Shown piece after piece: positions 35,276-45,641 of a DNA stretch of 64,000 nt. Where the stretch lies: the NCBI GenBank assembly GCA_036261265.1, contig DATALC010000074.1:17393-81392 (forward strand), read 5' to 3'. The notes beneath the pieces are model-generated. The model was not told the DNA's origin. It did not search any database and worked only from the letters and a program-made list of their open reading frames with translations. Within the stretch, counting starts at the first letter, position 1. Every line of letters begins with the position of its first letter. Position numbers and translations under genes: made by a program. Source of the DNA: Bacteroidales bacterium. Its GTDB lineage: Bacteria; Bacteroidota; Bacteroidia; Bacteroidales; VadinHA17.

Positions 35276-37240
35276 ATGGCAATGAAGAAAGTCAGCAGTA
35301 CTATTGAGAGGACACAGTTGACAATCCCTGGGCTGATCATAACCCTGGGTCTTGTATACGGGAACCTGGGAACAAGCCCTCTTTACACTATTAAAGCAAT
35401 ATTCTCAAATTCAAAGGCTTTCAATGAACTTCTTATTTACGGCTCCCTCTCAGCTATCTTCTGGACACTTACATTATTATCTACTGTTAAATATATAACA
35501 ATAACATTGCAGGCCGATAATAAGGGTGAAGGTGGAATATTCGCACTCTTTGCTCTTCTCAGGAAAAAAACAACACTTGCAGCTTTACTGACAATGATCG
35601 GAGGAGCCGCGCTCCTTGCCGACAGTGTACTTACTCCTGCAATCACTGTAACTTCAGCTGTTGAAGGCTTTTCATTGTTCAAACCAGATTTTCCAGTTGT
35701 GCCGGTGGTCTTAATAATATTCGGCATGATTTTCTTTGTACAACAGTTCGGAATTAATTTCTACGCATGGAGATTATTTGGTCCTATTATGCTAATCTGG
35801 TTTACACTGCTTGCATTTACAGGACTCAGGCAAATAGTAGCTATGCCTGCTATCCTGGAATCGCTTAATCCTGTCTATGCAGTAAAGTTTATTACGCAAT
35901 TTCCGGGGGGATTTGTATTGCTTGGCTTTGTATTCCTTTGTGTAACAGGCGCTGAATCAATTTATTCTGATCTTGGACATTGCGGCAGGAAAAACATCAG
36001 GATATCCTGGGCATTCGTTAAGATTGCTCTTTTACTTAATTACTTTGGCCAGGGAGCATGGATACTGCAGAACAAACCGGGCGATAATTCAATTATGCCA
36101 TTTTTCGAAATAATTCCCGGCTGGCTGCTGATACCTGGATTAATTATAACGCTTGCTGCTTCAGCCGTGGCCACACAATCTCTTATAAGAGGATCATTTA
36201 CAATCATTTCCGAGGCAGTTTCACTTAATTTCTGGCCAAAGATCAAGACAGTCAATCCAACAGAAGTTCGCGGACAGGTTTACCTGCCTCTTATTAACTG
36301 GATGCTTCTCACGTTATGCTGCATTGCAGTTCTTGTATTCAGGGAATCTTCACAGATGGAAGTAGCGTACGGTCTATCAATCGCAATCACAATGATAATG
36401 ACGACATTCCTCCTTATATTCTATCTGAATAACAGGGGGATGGATTTTCGTCTTGCAATCCTGATGCTTTCAGTTTTCCTGATAGCTGAAGGCATGTTTC
36501 TTGTTTCGAACCTGCATAAATTTCTTTTGGGCGGATGGTTTACAATCCTGATTGCTTCCGCATATTTTCTTGCAATGTTCGGCTGGTATTTTGGAAGGAA
36601 GATCAAGAACAGGCGAATAACATTTGTAAACCTCGATAAGTACATTGAATCATTCATTGACCTGAATAAAGACGAAACAATACCAAAAGCCGCCACTAAT
36701 CTTGTTTATATAATTAAAGCTAATAATCCTGCGCAGGTTGAATCGAAGGTTATATATTCAATATTCAATAAGCAACCCAAACGGGCAGACCATTACTGGC
36801 TTCTTCATGTTGATATGGTAGATGAGCCAAACAGGTGCGAATACAAGGTTAAGCAGATAATCCCGGGGATCCTTATAAGAGTAGATTTTCATATTGGTTT
36901 TAAGGTGGATCCACAAATAAACCTTCATTTCAGGGAAGTGGTTGAAGATATGGTAAAATCAGGTGAGATAAAGCTTGAAAACGGGTTTGATTCATTGCGG
37001 AAACATGGATTACCTCCTGATTTCAAGTTCGTTATCCTTGAAAGGATCATTCTGCCTGACTTCAAATTGTCTAATGTCGAAAATTTTATACTTACAATCC
37101 GGGGTTTCATCAGGAAAATGAGTATTCCTGACGAAAAAGCTCTGCAGCTTGATTCGGCCAATACAATAGTCGAACAGATACCTATAGTTATTGATCAGCC
37201 GGTGAGTACCAGGATTCAGCCTGTTAAAAGAGAGGGATGA
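35276..37240 (+). CDS. kup: KUP/HAK/KT family potassium transporter (copy 2)
   Basis: GNLGTSPLYT, ADNKGEGG and YSDLGHCG blocks. Colinear with copy 1 over its full length. Confidence 0.9.
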   Translation: MAMKKVSSTIERTQLTIPGLIITLGLVYGNLGTSPLYTIKAIFSNSKAFNELLIYGSLSAIFWTLTLLSTVKYITITLQADNKGEGGIFALFALLRKKTTLAALLTMIGGAALLADSVLTPAITVTSAVEGFSLFKPDFPVVPVVLIIFGMIFFVQQFGINFYAWRLFGPIMLIWFTLLAFTGLRQIVAMPAILESLNPVYAVKFITQFPGGFVLLGFVFLCVTGAESIYSDLGHCGRKNIRISWAFVKIALLLNYFGQGAWILQNKPGDNSIMPFFEIIPGWLLIPGLIITLAASAVATQSLIRGSFTIISEAVSLNFWPKIKTVNPTEVRGQVYLPLINWMLLTLCCIAVLVFRESSQMEVAYGLSIAITMIMTTFLLIFYLNNRGMDFRLAILMLSVFLIAEGMFLVSNLHKFLLGGWFTILIASAYFLAMFGWYFGRKIKNRRITFVNLDKYIESFIDLNKDETIPKAATNLVYIIKANNPAQVESKVIYSIFNKQPKRADHYWLLHVDMVDEPNRCEYKVKQIIPGILIRVDFHIGFKVDPQINLHFREVVEDMVKSGEIKLENGFDSLRKHGLPPDFKFVILERIILPDFKLSNVENFILTIRGFIRKMSIPDEKALQLDSANTIVEQIPIVIDQPVSTRIQPVKREG

Positions 37241-37276
37241 AGCCTGGGACTTTGAAACAATGAAATTTATTTTGTT

Positions 37277-39106
37277 ATGAATGCAATGCCATTTGTAATC
37301 GGTTCTATTGTTGTTTTTGCACTCGCGTACAGGTTGTACTTCAGTTTTATTGCTGCAAAAGTAGCAGTCAGGAACGATCTTGCATTGACGCCTGCCCACA
37401 GGCTTTATGACGGGCAGAATTATTACCCAATGAACAAATGGGTGCTGTTTGGTCATCATTTTGCCGCAATTGCGGGCGCAGGTCCCCTTGTGGGGCCTGT
37501 TCTTGCCGCCCAGTTCGGATTCATGCCGGGATTTCTATGGATGCTTGTCGGTGCCGTGATGGCAGGTGCCGTCCATGATCTTGTTATTCTGACTGCTTCA
37601 GTACAGCATGATGGAAAATCCCTTGCCGAAATTGCTCGTGCCGAAATAAACAGGTTCAGCGGAATAACAGCGTCTTTTGCAATTATTCTCATTGTCGTTG
37701 TGGCCCTGGCCGGGCTAGGACTTGTTGTTGTTAACGCCCTTGCAGAGAGCTCATGGGGAACATTTACTATTGCATCTACTATCCCTATTGCAATTGCAAT
37801 GGGTCTGTGGATGTTCAGGTTCCGGAAAGGAAAGACCGCCGAGGCTACCGTTTTCGGCGTAATACTCCTTATAATAGTTGTCATTGTTGGCAGGTACATT
37901 CCTGATTCACCATTTGCCGGATGGTTCTCTTTTGATCATAGTACACTCACAATAATCATTGCTGTCTACGGTTTTCTTGCGTCTGTGCTGCCTGTGTGGC
38001 TTTTACTGTCTCCAAGGGATTATCTTAGTTCAATAATGAAGATATCTGTTATCGGACTGCTTGCAATCGGACTCATAATCGTAGCTCCTGAGATAAAGAT
38101 GCCGGCATTCACAGATTTTACAAAGGGAGGAGGTCCGATAATTCCCGGCAAGCTCTTTCCGTATCTTTTTATAACAATTGCATGCGGAGCAATCTCAGGG
38201 TTCCATTCACTTGTAAGCTCAGGCACCACTCCGAAGATGATAATGAAGGAAAAAGAGATGAAGATGATTGCCGCTGGTGCTATGCTTACTGAAGGCGCCG
38301 TAAGCATAATGGCGCTTATAGCCGCAACAAGCCTGCTTCCTCTTGATTATTTTATGATAAACGTCCCCGCTGAAAAATTGCAGACAATCCTTCCCAGGCT
38401 TCATGAGATGGGATTTACAGAAAGCAATCTACCGGAGCTTTCTGCAGCAGTAGGCGAAAAAATTGCCGGAAGGACAGGAGGGGCCGTATCGCTTGGCGTC
38501 GGCATGGCTTACATTTTCTCATCAATTCCCGGGATGAAACACCTTATGTCATACTGGTATCATTTCGCAATCATGTTTGAGGCTCTCTTTATCCTTACAA
38601 CTATCGATGCAGGTACAAGGATAGGAAGGTTCATTCTGCAGGAAGCTCTCGGGAAAGTATATGCTCCATTTCAAAAAACAAACTGGCTGCCAGGGAACCT
38701 GATAACAAGCGGACTGATTGTTTTCGCATGGGGTTACTTTATATATACAGGTTCAGTTTCAACAATATGGCCAATGTTTGGAGCTGCAAATCAATTGCTT
38801 GCAACAATTGCTCTCGCAGTTGGAACTTCCTTTATAATTAACAGGGGACGGGCACGATATGCATGGGTCACTCTTATCCCACTGGCTTTTGTCGGGGTTA
38901 CCACAATGACTGCAGCTATATTGAACATAAAAAACATATATGTTCCTCAAATGACTGTAGAAGCAAGCAGAGTCCCCGGAACTATAAACCTTATCCTCAC
39001 TCTTTGTATAATAACAAGTGTCCTTATAATCATACTCAACGCTGTTCCCGGCTGGATAAAGACAATCCGGTCATCGAAGGTTGTCGGTGAGGTAAGTTCA
39101 TTATAA
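37277..39106 (+). CDS. cstA: carbon starvation protein A family (pyruvate/peptide) transporter
   Basis: [30 protein letters not shown]-terminal block. Polytopic, 609 aa. Confidence 0.85.
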   Translation: MNAMPFVIGSIVVFALAYRLYFSFIAAKVAVRNDLALTPAHRLYDGQNYYPMNKWVLFGHHFAAIAGAGPLVGPVLAAQFGFMPGFLWMLVGAVMAGAVHDLVILTASVQHDGKSLAEIARAEINRFSGITASFAIILIVVVALAGLGLVVVNALAESSWGTFTIASTIPIAIAMGLWMFRFRKGKTAEATVFGVILLIIVVIVGRYIPDSPFAGWFSFDHSTLTIIIAVYGFLASVLPVWLLLSPRDYLSSIMKISVIGLLAIGLIIVAPEIKMPAFTDFTKGGGPIIPGKLFPYLFITIACGAISGFHSLVSSGTTPKMIMKEKEMKMIAAGAMLTEGAVSIMALIAATSLLPLDYFMINVPAEKLQTILPRLHEMGFTESNLPELSAAVGEKIAGRTGGAVSLGVGMAYIFSSIPGMKHLMSYWYHFAIMFEALFILTTIDAGTRIGRFILQEALGKVYAPFQKTNWLPGNLITSGLIVFAWGYFIYTGSVSTIWPMFGAANQLLATIALAVGTSFIINRGRARYAWVTLIPLAFVGVTTMTAAILNIKNIYVPQMTVEASRVPGTINLILTLCIITSVLIIILNAVPGWIKTIRSSKVVGEVSSL

Positions 39107-39123
39107 AAAATCTTTATTGAAAT

Positions 39124-40398
39124 ATGATTAATATTCCTGATACAGATAAGAAAAGAATTGTAATTGCCGGGTGCGGTTTCGGTGGTCTTACCCTTGCAAA
39201 AAAGTTAAAGAATTCAGATTACCAGGTTGTAATTATTGATAAGCATAATTACCATCAGTTTCCGCCATTATTTTACCAGGTTGCCTCTGCTGGACTTGAA
39301 CCATCATCAATTTTGTTCCCGCTCAGGAAAATTTTCCAGGATTATAAGGATTACCATATAAGAAAAGCAGAGATAACAGGAGTTGTTCCTGAAAATAGTA
39401 TTATTAACACTACCGCAGGCGAGTTAAGATACGACTATCTTGTTCTTGCACACGGAGCAACAAATTCCTTCTTCGGCTCAGATGAAATGAGACGATGCTC
39501 CAATCCTATGAAAACAATTGCAGAAGCCCTCAATCTCAGGAACACTCTTCTCATGAACTTCGAAAAAGCACTCACATCAAATGATGAGGCGGAACGCGCT
39601 AAGAACCTGAGCATTGTAATAATTGGAGGTGGCCCCTCGGGTGTAGAGATCGCCGGGGCGCTCGCTGAAATGGATAAGTATATACTCCGGAAAGATTATC
39701 CTGATCTTGAAGGGCGTGGTGCAAAGATTTACCTGCTTGAAGGTAACAACAGGCTTCTGAATATGATGTCCGAAAAATCTTCATCAAAAGCACGGCAATT
39801 CCTTGAGAAGCTTGGCGTTAAAGTCTTCACGGATACGCTTGCAAAAGGATGCACTGAAGATAAAGTTTTCCTGGCTGACGGAGAGACATTATCGGCAGGC
39901 ATGATAATATGGACAGCAGGTATTACAGGGAACAGTATCCCCGGTATAAGGGAAGAGTGTTTTCAGAGAAACAACAGGCTGATCACTGATCGACAATGCC
40001 TTGTGAAAGGTTATAGGAATATTTTCGCAATCGGCGACATAGCGTATATGACCGAAGAGAAATACCCCAGGGGGCATCCACAGGTTGCTCCTGTTGCAAT
40101 TCAGCAGGCAAGGTTTCTAGCAGATCATCTTAAAAGGATAAAAACCGGCAAACAAGTTAAGGAATTCAGGTATTTTGATAAGGGTACGATGGCCACAGTA
40201 GGCAGGAATCTGGCAGTTGTTGAACTCCCGTTCATGAGGTTCCAGGGATTTTTCGGATGGCTTGTCTGGATGTTCGTTCACCTGATGAGCATCGTGGGTG
40301 TGAAGAACAGGCTTATGATCTTCATAAACTGGGCATGGAATTATCTTACATACGATCAGTCTACAAGGCTAATCCTCAGGCCCAAAGGTTGTTCCTGA
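39124..40398 (+). CDS. ndh: type II NADH:quinone oxidoreductase (NDH-2)
   Basis: Two dinucleotide-binding motifs (IVIAGCGFGG; IVIIGGGPSGVE) and a C-terminal membrane-anchoring helix. Confidence 0.85.
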   Translation: MINIPDTDKKRIVIAGCGFGGLTLAKKLKNSDYQVVIIDKHNYHQFPPLFYQVASAGLEPSSILFPLRKIFQDYKDYHIRKAEITGVVPENSIINTTAGELRYDYLVLAHGATNSFFGSDEMRRCSNPMKTIAEALNLRNTLLMNFEKALTSNDEAERAKNLSIVIIGGGPSGVEIAGALAEMDKYILRKDYPDLEGRGAKIYLLEGNNRLLNMMSEKSSSKARQFLEKLGVKVFTDTLAKGCTEDKVFLADGETLSAGMIIWTAGITGNSIPGIREECFQRNNRLITDRQCLVKGYRNIFAIGDIAYMTEEKYPRGHPQVAPVAIQQARFLADHLKRIKTGKQVKEFRYFDKGTMATVGRNLAVVELPFMRFQGFFGWLVWMFVHLMSIVGVKNRLMIFINWAWNYLTYDQSTRLILRPKGCS

Positions 40399-40433
40399 AA
40401 AAATTGTTATCTTTATATATAACTTTCAGTGAT

Positions 40434-42407
40434 ATGAGTAAGCCATTTATTTCTTTATCACTCGTGATAGCTTTGTTGAATGCAACACCATTATCTGCCC
40501 AATCCATCACCGAGATTAATGTTAATGCAGGAAAACCAGTGGGTGAGATCCAACCAACTATGTGGGGTGTGTTCTTTGAAGATATAAACTTTGCGGCCGA
40601 TGGAGGATTATATGCCGAGCTGGTGAAAAACAGGTCTTTCGAATTTTCAATTCCCCTGATGGGATGGAAGCAGATAAAAATGAAAGGTGAAGGTCGCGCA
40701 CTTCCTTCATTCTATACACCGGCAAATGAAAGGAATCCTCATTACCTGCGGCTTATCGTTGATGCCGACAGTGGTACGTACGGTATCGAGAACGAAGGCT
40801 TTCGTGGAATGGGTCTCAGGGAAGGAGTAAAATATATATTTTCTTTCAATGCAAAAGTATCTGAAGGTTCGGATCTGAAAATGACTGTGAGGCTCCTCGG
40901 GGAAAAAGGAAAAGCTTTATGGGTGACAGGAGTAGGTGGACTTACAAGTGAATGGCAGCGTCATTCGGCGATACTCACACCTGTTGCTACTGAAACAGAA
41001 GCCACAATGCAGATACTCTTCTCCGGTAAAGGAACGATTGATCTCGACCTGATATCCCTTTTCCCTGAAGATACCTGGAAGAACCGTCCCGGTGGGCTCA
41101 GGCGCGACCTTGTTCAGATGATAGCTGATCTCAAACCCGGGTTCCTCCGTTTTCCCGGTGGGTGCATTGTTGAAGGACGCGACATCACGAACAGGTATCA
41201 GTGGAAATATACTGTCGGACCCGTTCAGGCACGCAAGCTTATTATCAACCGCTGGAACATGGAGATGAAAAACAGGCCGGCTCCTGATTATTTTCAATCT
41301 TACGGGCTTGGATTCTATGAGTATTTCCAGCTTGCTGAAGATATCGGTGCAGAGCCTTTACCTGTACTGAATTGCGGGATGTCGTGCCAGTTCAATGCTG
41401 CAGAGGTAGTTCCTCTTGAAGATATTGATCCTTATATCCAGGATGCTCTCGATCTGATAGAATTTGCGAATGGGGATTCATTATCTGAATGGGGGAGACT
41501 CAGGACTTCCATGGGACACCCGGGGACATTCAATCTGAAATTCATTGCTATCGGGAATGAACAATGGGATGAACAGTATTTCGAGCGATATGCTCTTTTT
41601 GATAAGGTTCTCAGAGAGAGACATCCTGAAATAAAAATTATTTCCGGTTCGGGTCCCTCATCTTCAGGTAAGATGTTCGATTATGCCTGGGAGAGGCTGA
41701 GAACAATGAAACCTGATCTTATCGATGAACATTATTATATGCCTCCCGAATGGTTTTTTGATAACGCGGGAAGATATGACAACTACGATCGCAAAGGGAT
41801 AAAGGTGTTTGCAGGTGAATATGCCGCCCATGGAAAGATGTCTGAAGAACCCGAATCCGGAAACACATTGTACAGCGCTCTTGCTGAAGCTGCATTTATG
41901 ACAGGGCTCGAGAGAAATGCAGAGGTTATCAAAATGGCATCGTATGCCCCCCTTCTTGCACATGTTGATGCGTGGCAGTGGCGACCCGATCTGATCTGGT
42001 TTGATAATCTGAATGTTGCAGGAACACCTAATTACTATGTTCAGAAATTGTTTTCGAATTATAAGGGAACTGATGTTGTTCAGGTAGTATCCGCCGGAAA
42101 GTACCTTGCGGGACAAGATAGTATTTATGCAAGCGCGACAATAGATAAAACCTTAAAAAGGATCTACATCAAGATTGTAAATATTGCAGCATCTGCAAAA
42201 CCTGCCAGGATCAATATTGAAGGTGTATCATTTGGAAAAGAAGCAACATTGATGACACTGAAAGGGAACAAAACCGATTACAATACTGTTGACAACCCTG
42301 AAAATATTATACCTGTGAACGGAACATTATCACTAAAGGGTAAAACACTTAATCTTGAACTCGAACCATTATCTCTGAAGGTCATTTTAATCCCCATGAA
42401 CAAATAA
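40434..42407 (+). CDS. alpha-L-arabinofuranosidase, GH51-like
   Basis: Start at ATG 40434 (MSKPFISLSLVIALLNATPLSAQS signal peptide). LVKNRSFEF N-terminal domain, LRFPGGC, IAIGNEQW (catalytic GNE). The listed start at 40257 overlaps ndh. Confidence 0.8.
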   Translation: MSKPFISLSLVIALLNATPLSAQSITEINVNAGKPVGEIQPTMWGVFFEDINFAADGGLYAELVKNRSFEFSIPLMGWKQIKMKGEGRALPSFYTPANERNPHYLRLIVDADSGTYGIENEGFRGMGLREGVKYIFSFNAKVSEGSDLKMTVRLLGEKGKALWVTGVGGLTSEWQRHSAILTPVATETEATMQILFSGKGTIDLDLISLFPEDTWKNRPGGLRRDLVQMIADLKPGFLRFPGGCIVEGRDITNRYQWKYTVGPVQARKLIINRWNMEMKNRPAPDYFQSYGLGFYEYFQLAEDIGAEPLPVLNCGMSCQFNAAEVVPLEDIDPYIQDALDLIEFANGDSLSEWGRLRTSMGHPGTFNLKFIAIGNEQWDEQYFERYALFDKVLRERHPEIKIISGSGPSSSGKMFDYAWERLRTMKPDLIDEHYYMPPEWFFDNAGRYDNYDRKGIKVFAGEYAAHGKMSEEPESGNTLYSALAEAAFMTGLERNAEVIKMASYAPLLAHVDAWQWRPDLIWFDNLNVAGTPNYYVQKLFSNYKGTDVVQVVSAGKYLAGQDSIYASATIDKTLKRIYIKIVNIAASAKPARINIEGVSFGKEATLMTLKGNKTDYNTVDNPENIIPVNGTLSLKGKTLNLELEPLSLKVILIPMNK

Positions 42408-42420
42408 TATAAAAAATCCG

Positions 42421-42600
42421 CTATCTACAATGCTTAATCCTCTACGAGGATAATAATTGATCTCTCATAAATGTTTGTTATTATCTACAATGCTTAATCC
42501 TCTGCGAGGATAATAATTGATCCCTCATAAATGTTTGTAATTATCTACAATGCTTAATCCTCTGAGAGGATAATAATTGATCTCTCATAAAGAATAATTA
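42421..42600 (+). repeat. tandem array, 3 copies of a 60-bp hairpin-containing unit, related to the 23221 array
   Basis: Exact 60-bp period (42421, 42481, 42541). Unit is TTATCTACAATGCTTAATCCTC-NNN-GAGGATAATAATTGATCTCTCATAAATGTTTGTTA. Shares TCTACAATGCTT plus a hairpin with the first array. Confidence 0.95.
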
Positions 42601-42604
42601 TTAA

Positions 42605-42662
42605 CTCTAGTCACTCTAGTCACTCTAGTCACTCTAGTCACTTTAGTCACTTTAGTCACTCT
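42605..42662. repeat. 9-bp minisatellite (CTCTAGTCA / CTTTAGTCA), 6 copies
   Basis: Read directly. Immediately follows the 60-bp array. Confidence 0.95.
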
Positions 42663-42671
42663 AAAAATAGT

Positions 42672-42679
42672 TACCTTTG
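42672..42679 (+). promoter_or_regulatory. Bacteroidota -7 promoter box (TAnnTTTG)
   Basis: TACCTTTG lies 17 nt upstream of the dedA-like ATG. Confidence 0.5.
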
Positions 42680-42696
42680 CATATTAATTTCTATTT

Positions 42697-43317
42697 ATGG
42701 GTTTTTTCCAGACTTTATTCGATTGGTATATGGCCAATCTGAATTACTTTACAATCGCATTGCTGATGGCAATAGAAAGCACTTTTTTGCCATTACCTTC
42801 TGAAATTGTAATTCCTTTTGCAGCCTGGAAGGCAGCTCAGGGCGAGCTTAATGTCTTTCTTGTTGTTATATTCGGCACAATAGGCGCTCTATGCGGTTCA
42901 CTGATAAATTATACACTTGCATATTATCTTGGACGGCCTCTTGTTTACAGTTTCGCAGAATCGCGCATTGGCAGGTTTTTCCTTTTATCAAGAGAGAAAG
43001 TGCAGCACGCCGAGGATTATTTTATAAGAAATGGAAAAACATCGACTTTTATCGGCCGCCTTGTGCCCGGTGTAAGGCATCTTATCTCAATTCCCGCAGG
43101 TCTTGCGAAAATGAGACTGAAGGATTTTATTTTATTTACTATTGCCGGTGCAGGAATATGGAATATTATCCTTGCCGTTATTGGATTTTTCCTTTATGAA
43201 ATAAAAGATCAGATCTACGCCTATCTCGATGATGTTTTAATAGGAGTAGGTGTCCTTTTTGTAGCATACCTTGTTTACAAAGCCTTAAAAAAAAATAAAA
43301 GCAATACACAGGAGTGA
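42697..43317 (+). CDS. DedA family membrane protein
   Basis: 206 aa with the SNARE-associated/DedA layout (ESTFLPLPSEIVIPFAAW...GRLVPGVRHLISIPAG). Confidence 0.8.
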   Translation: MGFFQTLFDWYMANLNYFTIALLMAIESTFLPLPSEIVIPFAAWKAAQGELNVFLVVIFGTIGALCGSLINYTLAYYLGRPLVYSFAESRIGRFFLLSREKVQHAEDYFIRNGKTSTFIGRLVPGVRHLISIPAGLAKMRLKDFILFTIAGAGIWNIILAVIGFFLYEIKDQIYAYLDDVLIGVGVLFVAYLVYKALKKNKSNTQE

Positions 43318-43367
43318 TAAACAGGACTGGGAGCTTAACGAAGTATGTGTTGTTGATCCTGAACTAA

Positions 43368-43730
43368 TTAAATATCCCTGTGTACAATGTCAGGCGTAAA
43401 TCCAGGGACACAAACAGCAATATACTCAGCGCCATCTCCAAGTGGAGTGCTGTATCTTACCCATTCGCCTTTTTCAGTAATAATTGCCTGTCCTGCTGTA
43501 ACGATAAATGTTTTTTTACGTGTTTCAACCTTAAGACTGCCTTTGAGAACGACTGTATATTCATTGAATTCAGGTTGTTGTCCGGGTTCTGACCAGCCTG
43601 TCGGACTGATCATGTGAGCGATGCTCACTTCATCTGTTGAACTGTTAACACAACCGATAAACTCATTTATTATCTTGTTACCCGTACCGGCAGCGGTAAT
43701 TATTGAAGGACTTGAAATTAGCTGGGCCAT
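43368..43730 (-). CDS. small cupin-domain protein
   Basis: 120 aa with a beta-barrel-like pattern (EYTVVLKGSLKVE...AGQAIITEKGEWVRY). Assignment by overall look only. Confidence 0.5.
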   Translation of the reverse strand: MAQLISSPSIITAAGTGNKIINEFIGCVNSSTDEVSIAHMISPTGWSEPGQQPEFNEYTVVLKGSLKVETRKKTFIVTAGQAIITEKGEWVRYSTPLGDGAEYIAVCVPGFTPDIVHRDI

Positions 43731-43745
43731 TTTGATTCACAAATT

Positions 43746-44603
43746 TTACTCAAGATAGCCAAATTTTCCGTTTCTGAAATCATCATAAGCCTCCCTTATT
43801 TCCTCTTCCGAATTCAACAGGAATGGACCACGGGCGACAATGGGCTCATTGATTGGCTCTCCCGACATTATCAGAACAATACTGTCTTTTATAGCCTCGA
43901 TATCGAAATACTCGCCATTGTTATCCAGTTTAATAAAATTGTTCTCATCAACTTCAGTTTCAAAATTGATTTTTATCCGGCCTTCAATCACAAGTAACCC
44001 TGTATTGTAATTTTCAGGGAACCTGAATTCTGTTGTTATCCCTGCCATGAGCCTCACATCGAACAGGCTTATAGGCGTGAATGTTGAAGCGGGCCCTGAT
44101 TCTGCGCTGTATTCTCCGGCAATAATTCCAATCTCACTTATATTATCAGGAAGCTTATGTCTTACAATATCTTCTTTCCTGATCGCCTGATACCTGGGAG
44201 GTATTGTCTTGAAGCGCGCAGGGAGGTTCACCCATAGCTGGACCATCTGGAAGAGACCGCCCTTTCTTGTAAAGTTCTCCTCATGATATTCCTTATGAAG
44301 AATACCAGAAGCTGCAGTCATCCATTGCACATCACCTTCATTAATAACACCTTTGTTTCCGGCGCTGTCCTGGTGAGCTACGCTTCCATGATATGCAATT
44401 GTGACAGTCTCAAAACCCTTATGAGGATGGACATCTACGCCACGCGGCCTATCTGCCGGTGGAAAATAATATTTTGAGCCATAGTCAAGAAGGAAGAAAG
44501 GACTCATTCCTTCAACCCCTATATCAGGATCCGATGGGAAGAAATTATGTACCCTGAACCCGTCACCTACCATTCTGAATGGTGGCGGCGGTATGACTTT
44601 CAT
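43746..44603 (-). CDS. pirin family protein
   Basis: HPHKGFETVTIAYHGSVAHQDSAGN metal-binding block and a bicupin length. Start uncertain (ATG 44603 preferred; 44573, 44627 and 44654 are possible). Overlaps the upstream gene. Confidence 0.8.
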   Translation of the reverse strand: MKVIPPPPFRMVGDGFRVHNFFPSDPDIGVEGMSPFFLLDYGSKYYFPPADRPRGVDVHPHKGFETVTIAYHGSVAHQDSAGNKGVINEGDVQWMTAASGILHKEYHEENFTRKGGLFQMVQLWVNLPARFKTIPPRYQAIRKEDIVRHKLPDNISEIGIIAGEYSAESGPASTFTPISLFDVRLMAGITTEFRFPENYNTGLLVIEGRIKINFETEVDENNFIKLDNNGEYFDIEAIKDSIVLIMSGEPINEPIVARGPFLLNSEEEIREAYDDFRNGKFGYLE

Positions 44604-45591
44604 TAAGTTTCTGAATCGTTTTTCCATCATTAAAATATTCAAAGATTTTCTCAATAAGCTCTATCCCTGCCCTGCTGCTTGAATCTGTGTAAACAACCTT
44701 ATTATCTGAATTATAGAGAGCTATACTGACTCTGGAGTCGATACTTTCCCGTATTTTTCTTGTCATGCTTCCGTCAACCGGCGCTTTGAGTTCACCGGAA
44801 ATGCTCCTGGCTGAATAGATCTTTAGTTTGTTCCTTTTGTTTTCAATCACGATGAATACTGAATTGCCTGTATGATTTATTTCAGTGATTTTTGAATTAT
44901 TATATGTGCTGAAAAGAAAAAACTTCCTGTTATAATACAGCAGGCAGATGAACCCTATAAAGTATTTCCCGCGCCATGGGACCTTGGCAACAGAGAAATG
45001 AAGACAGCTGTTGTGATCGTTGAAGTTGTTTGCCTGTATCCATAGCCATGATTCAGGGAAAGAAGTACCCCAGTCCTTTTCAATGTACCCTTTGCCGTAA
45101 TCGAAGTCAATGGGTTGATCATTTATGAACAAACCTCCCGTCAGATCGTGGTTTACTGATACTATCCCATGCTTGCATTCCATGAACGGAACGAATGAAT
45201 ACCAGCCCATTATGCCTGGTGAGAATACCCGGGAAGGATATTTTACTACATTGCTGTAATCGATCCTCCCGTAAACAGTCAGATTTTCAGATTTGATATC
45301 TAGACTGATATACTGATCTGTGAATACCGAATTTCCTACGGATAATCTGAATTTTATCCTGCTCCATGAGAATGATGAGAGAGGATAAGTTATATAATCA
45401 GATTCTCCTGTAGCGCCGTTTATTACCTGTATAAAGGCGTGAGGATCTTTTTCATTAAGTGAGATGCCCGGTATGAATGAAAAGACATAATTCAGTCCGG
45501 CAGAGACATGTTTGAAATACCATCCTTCGAAATAGTTCTTCTTTCTCAGATTTCCCTGAAATATAGATGGATTATATAACCGGTAAAGCAT
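44563..45591 (-). CDS. tocopherol cyclase-family-like protein, function unknown
   Basis: KKNYFEGWYFKHV near the N-terminus and GKGYIEKDWGTSFPESWLWIQANNF resemble the conserved blocks of plant/cyanobacterial tocopherol cyclases. Recognised by eye only. Confidence 0.5.
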   Translation of the reverse strand: MLYRLYNPSIFQGNLRKKNYFEGWYFKHVSAGLNYVFSFIPGISLNEKDPHAFIQVINGATGESDYITYPLSSFSWSRIKFRLSVGNSVFTDQYISLDIKSENLTVYGRIDYSNVVKYPSRVFSPGIMGWYSFVPFMECKHGIVSVNHDLTGGLFINDQPIDFDYGKGYIEKDWGTSFPESWLWIQANNFNDHNSCLHFSVAKVPWRGKYFIGFICLLYYNRKFFLFSTYNNSKITEINHTGNSVFIVIENKRNKLKIYSARSISGELKAPVDGSMTRKIRESIDSRVSIALYNSDNKVVYTDSSSRAGIELIEKIFEYFNDGKTIQKLNESHTAATIQNGR

Positions 45592-45641
45592 AATTGCGGG
45601 AATTCAGAATCTATAACAAATTCCCGGCTCAGAAGTTCGTA

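Noticed and set aside
40257-40433. N-terminal extension of the GH51 ORF
   Set aside because: It overlaps the 3' end of ndh. The ATG at 40434 gives a canonical signal peptide.
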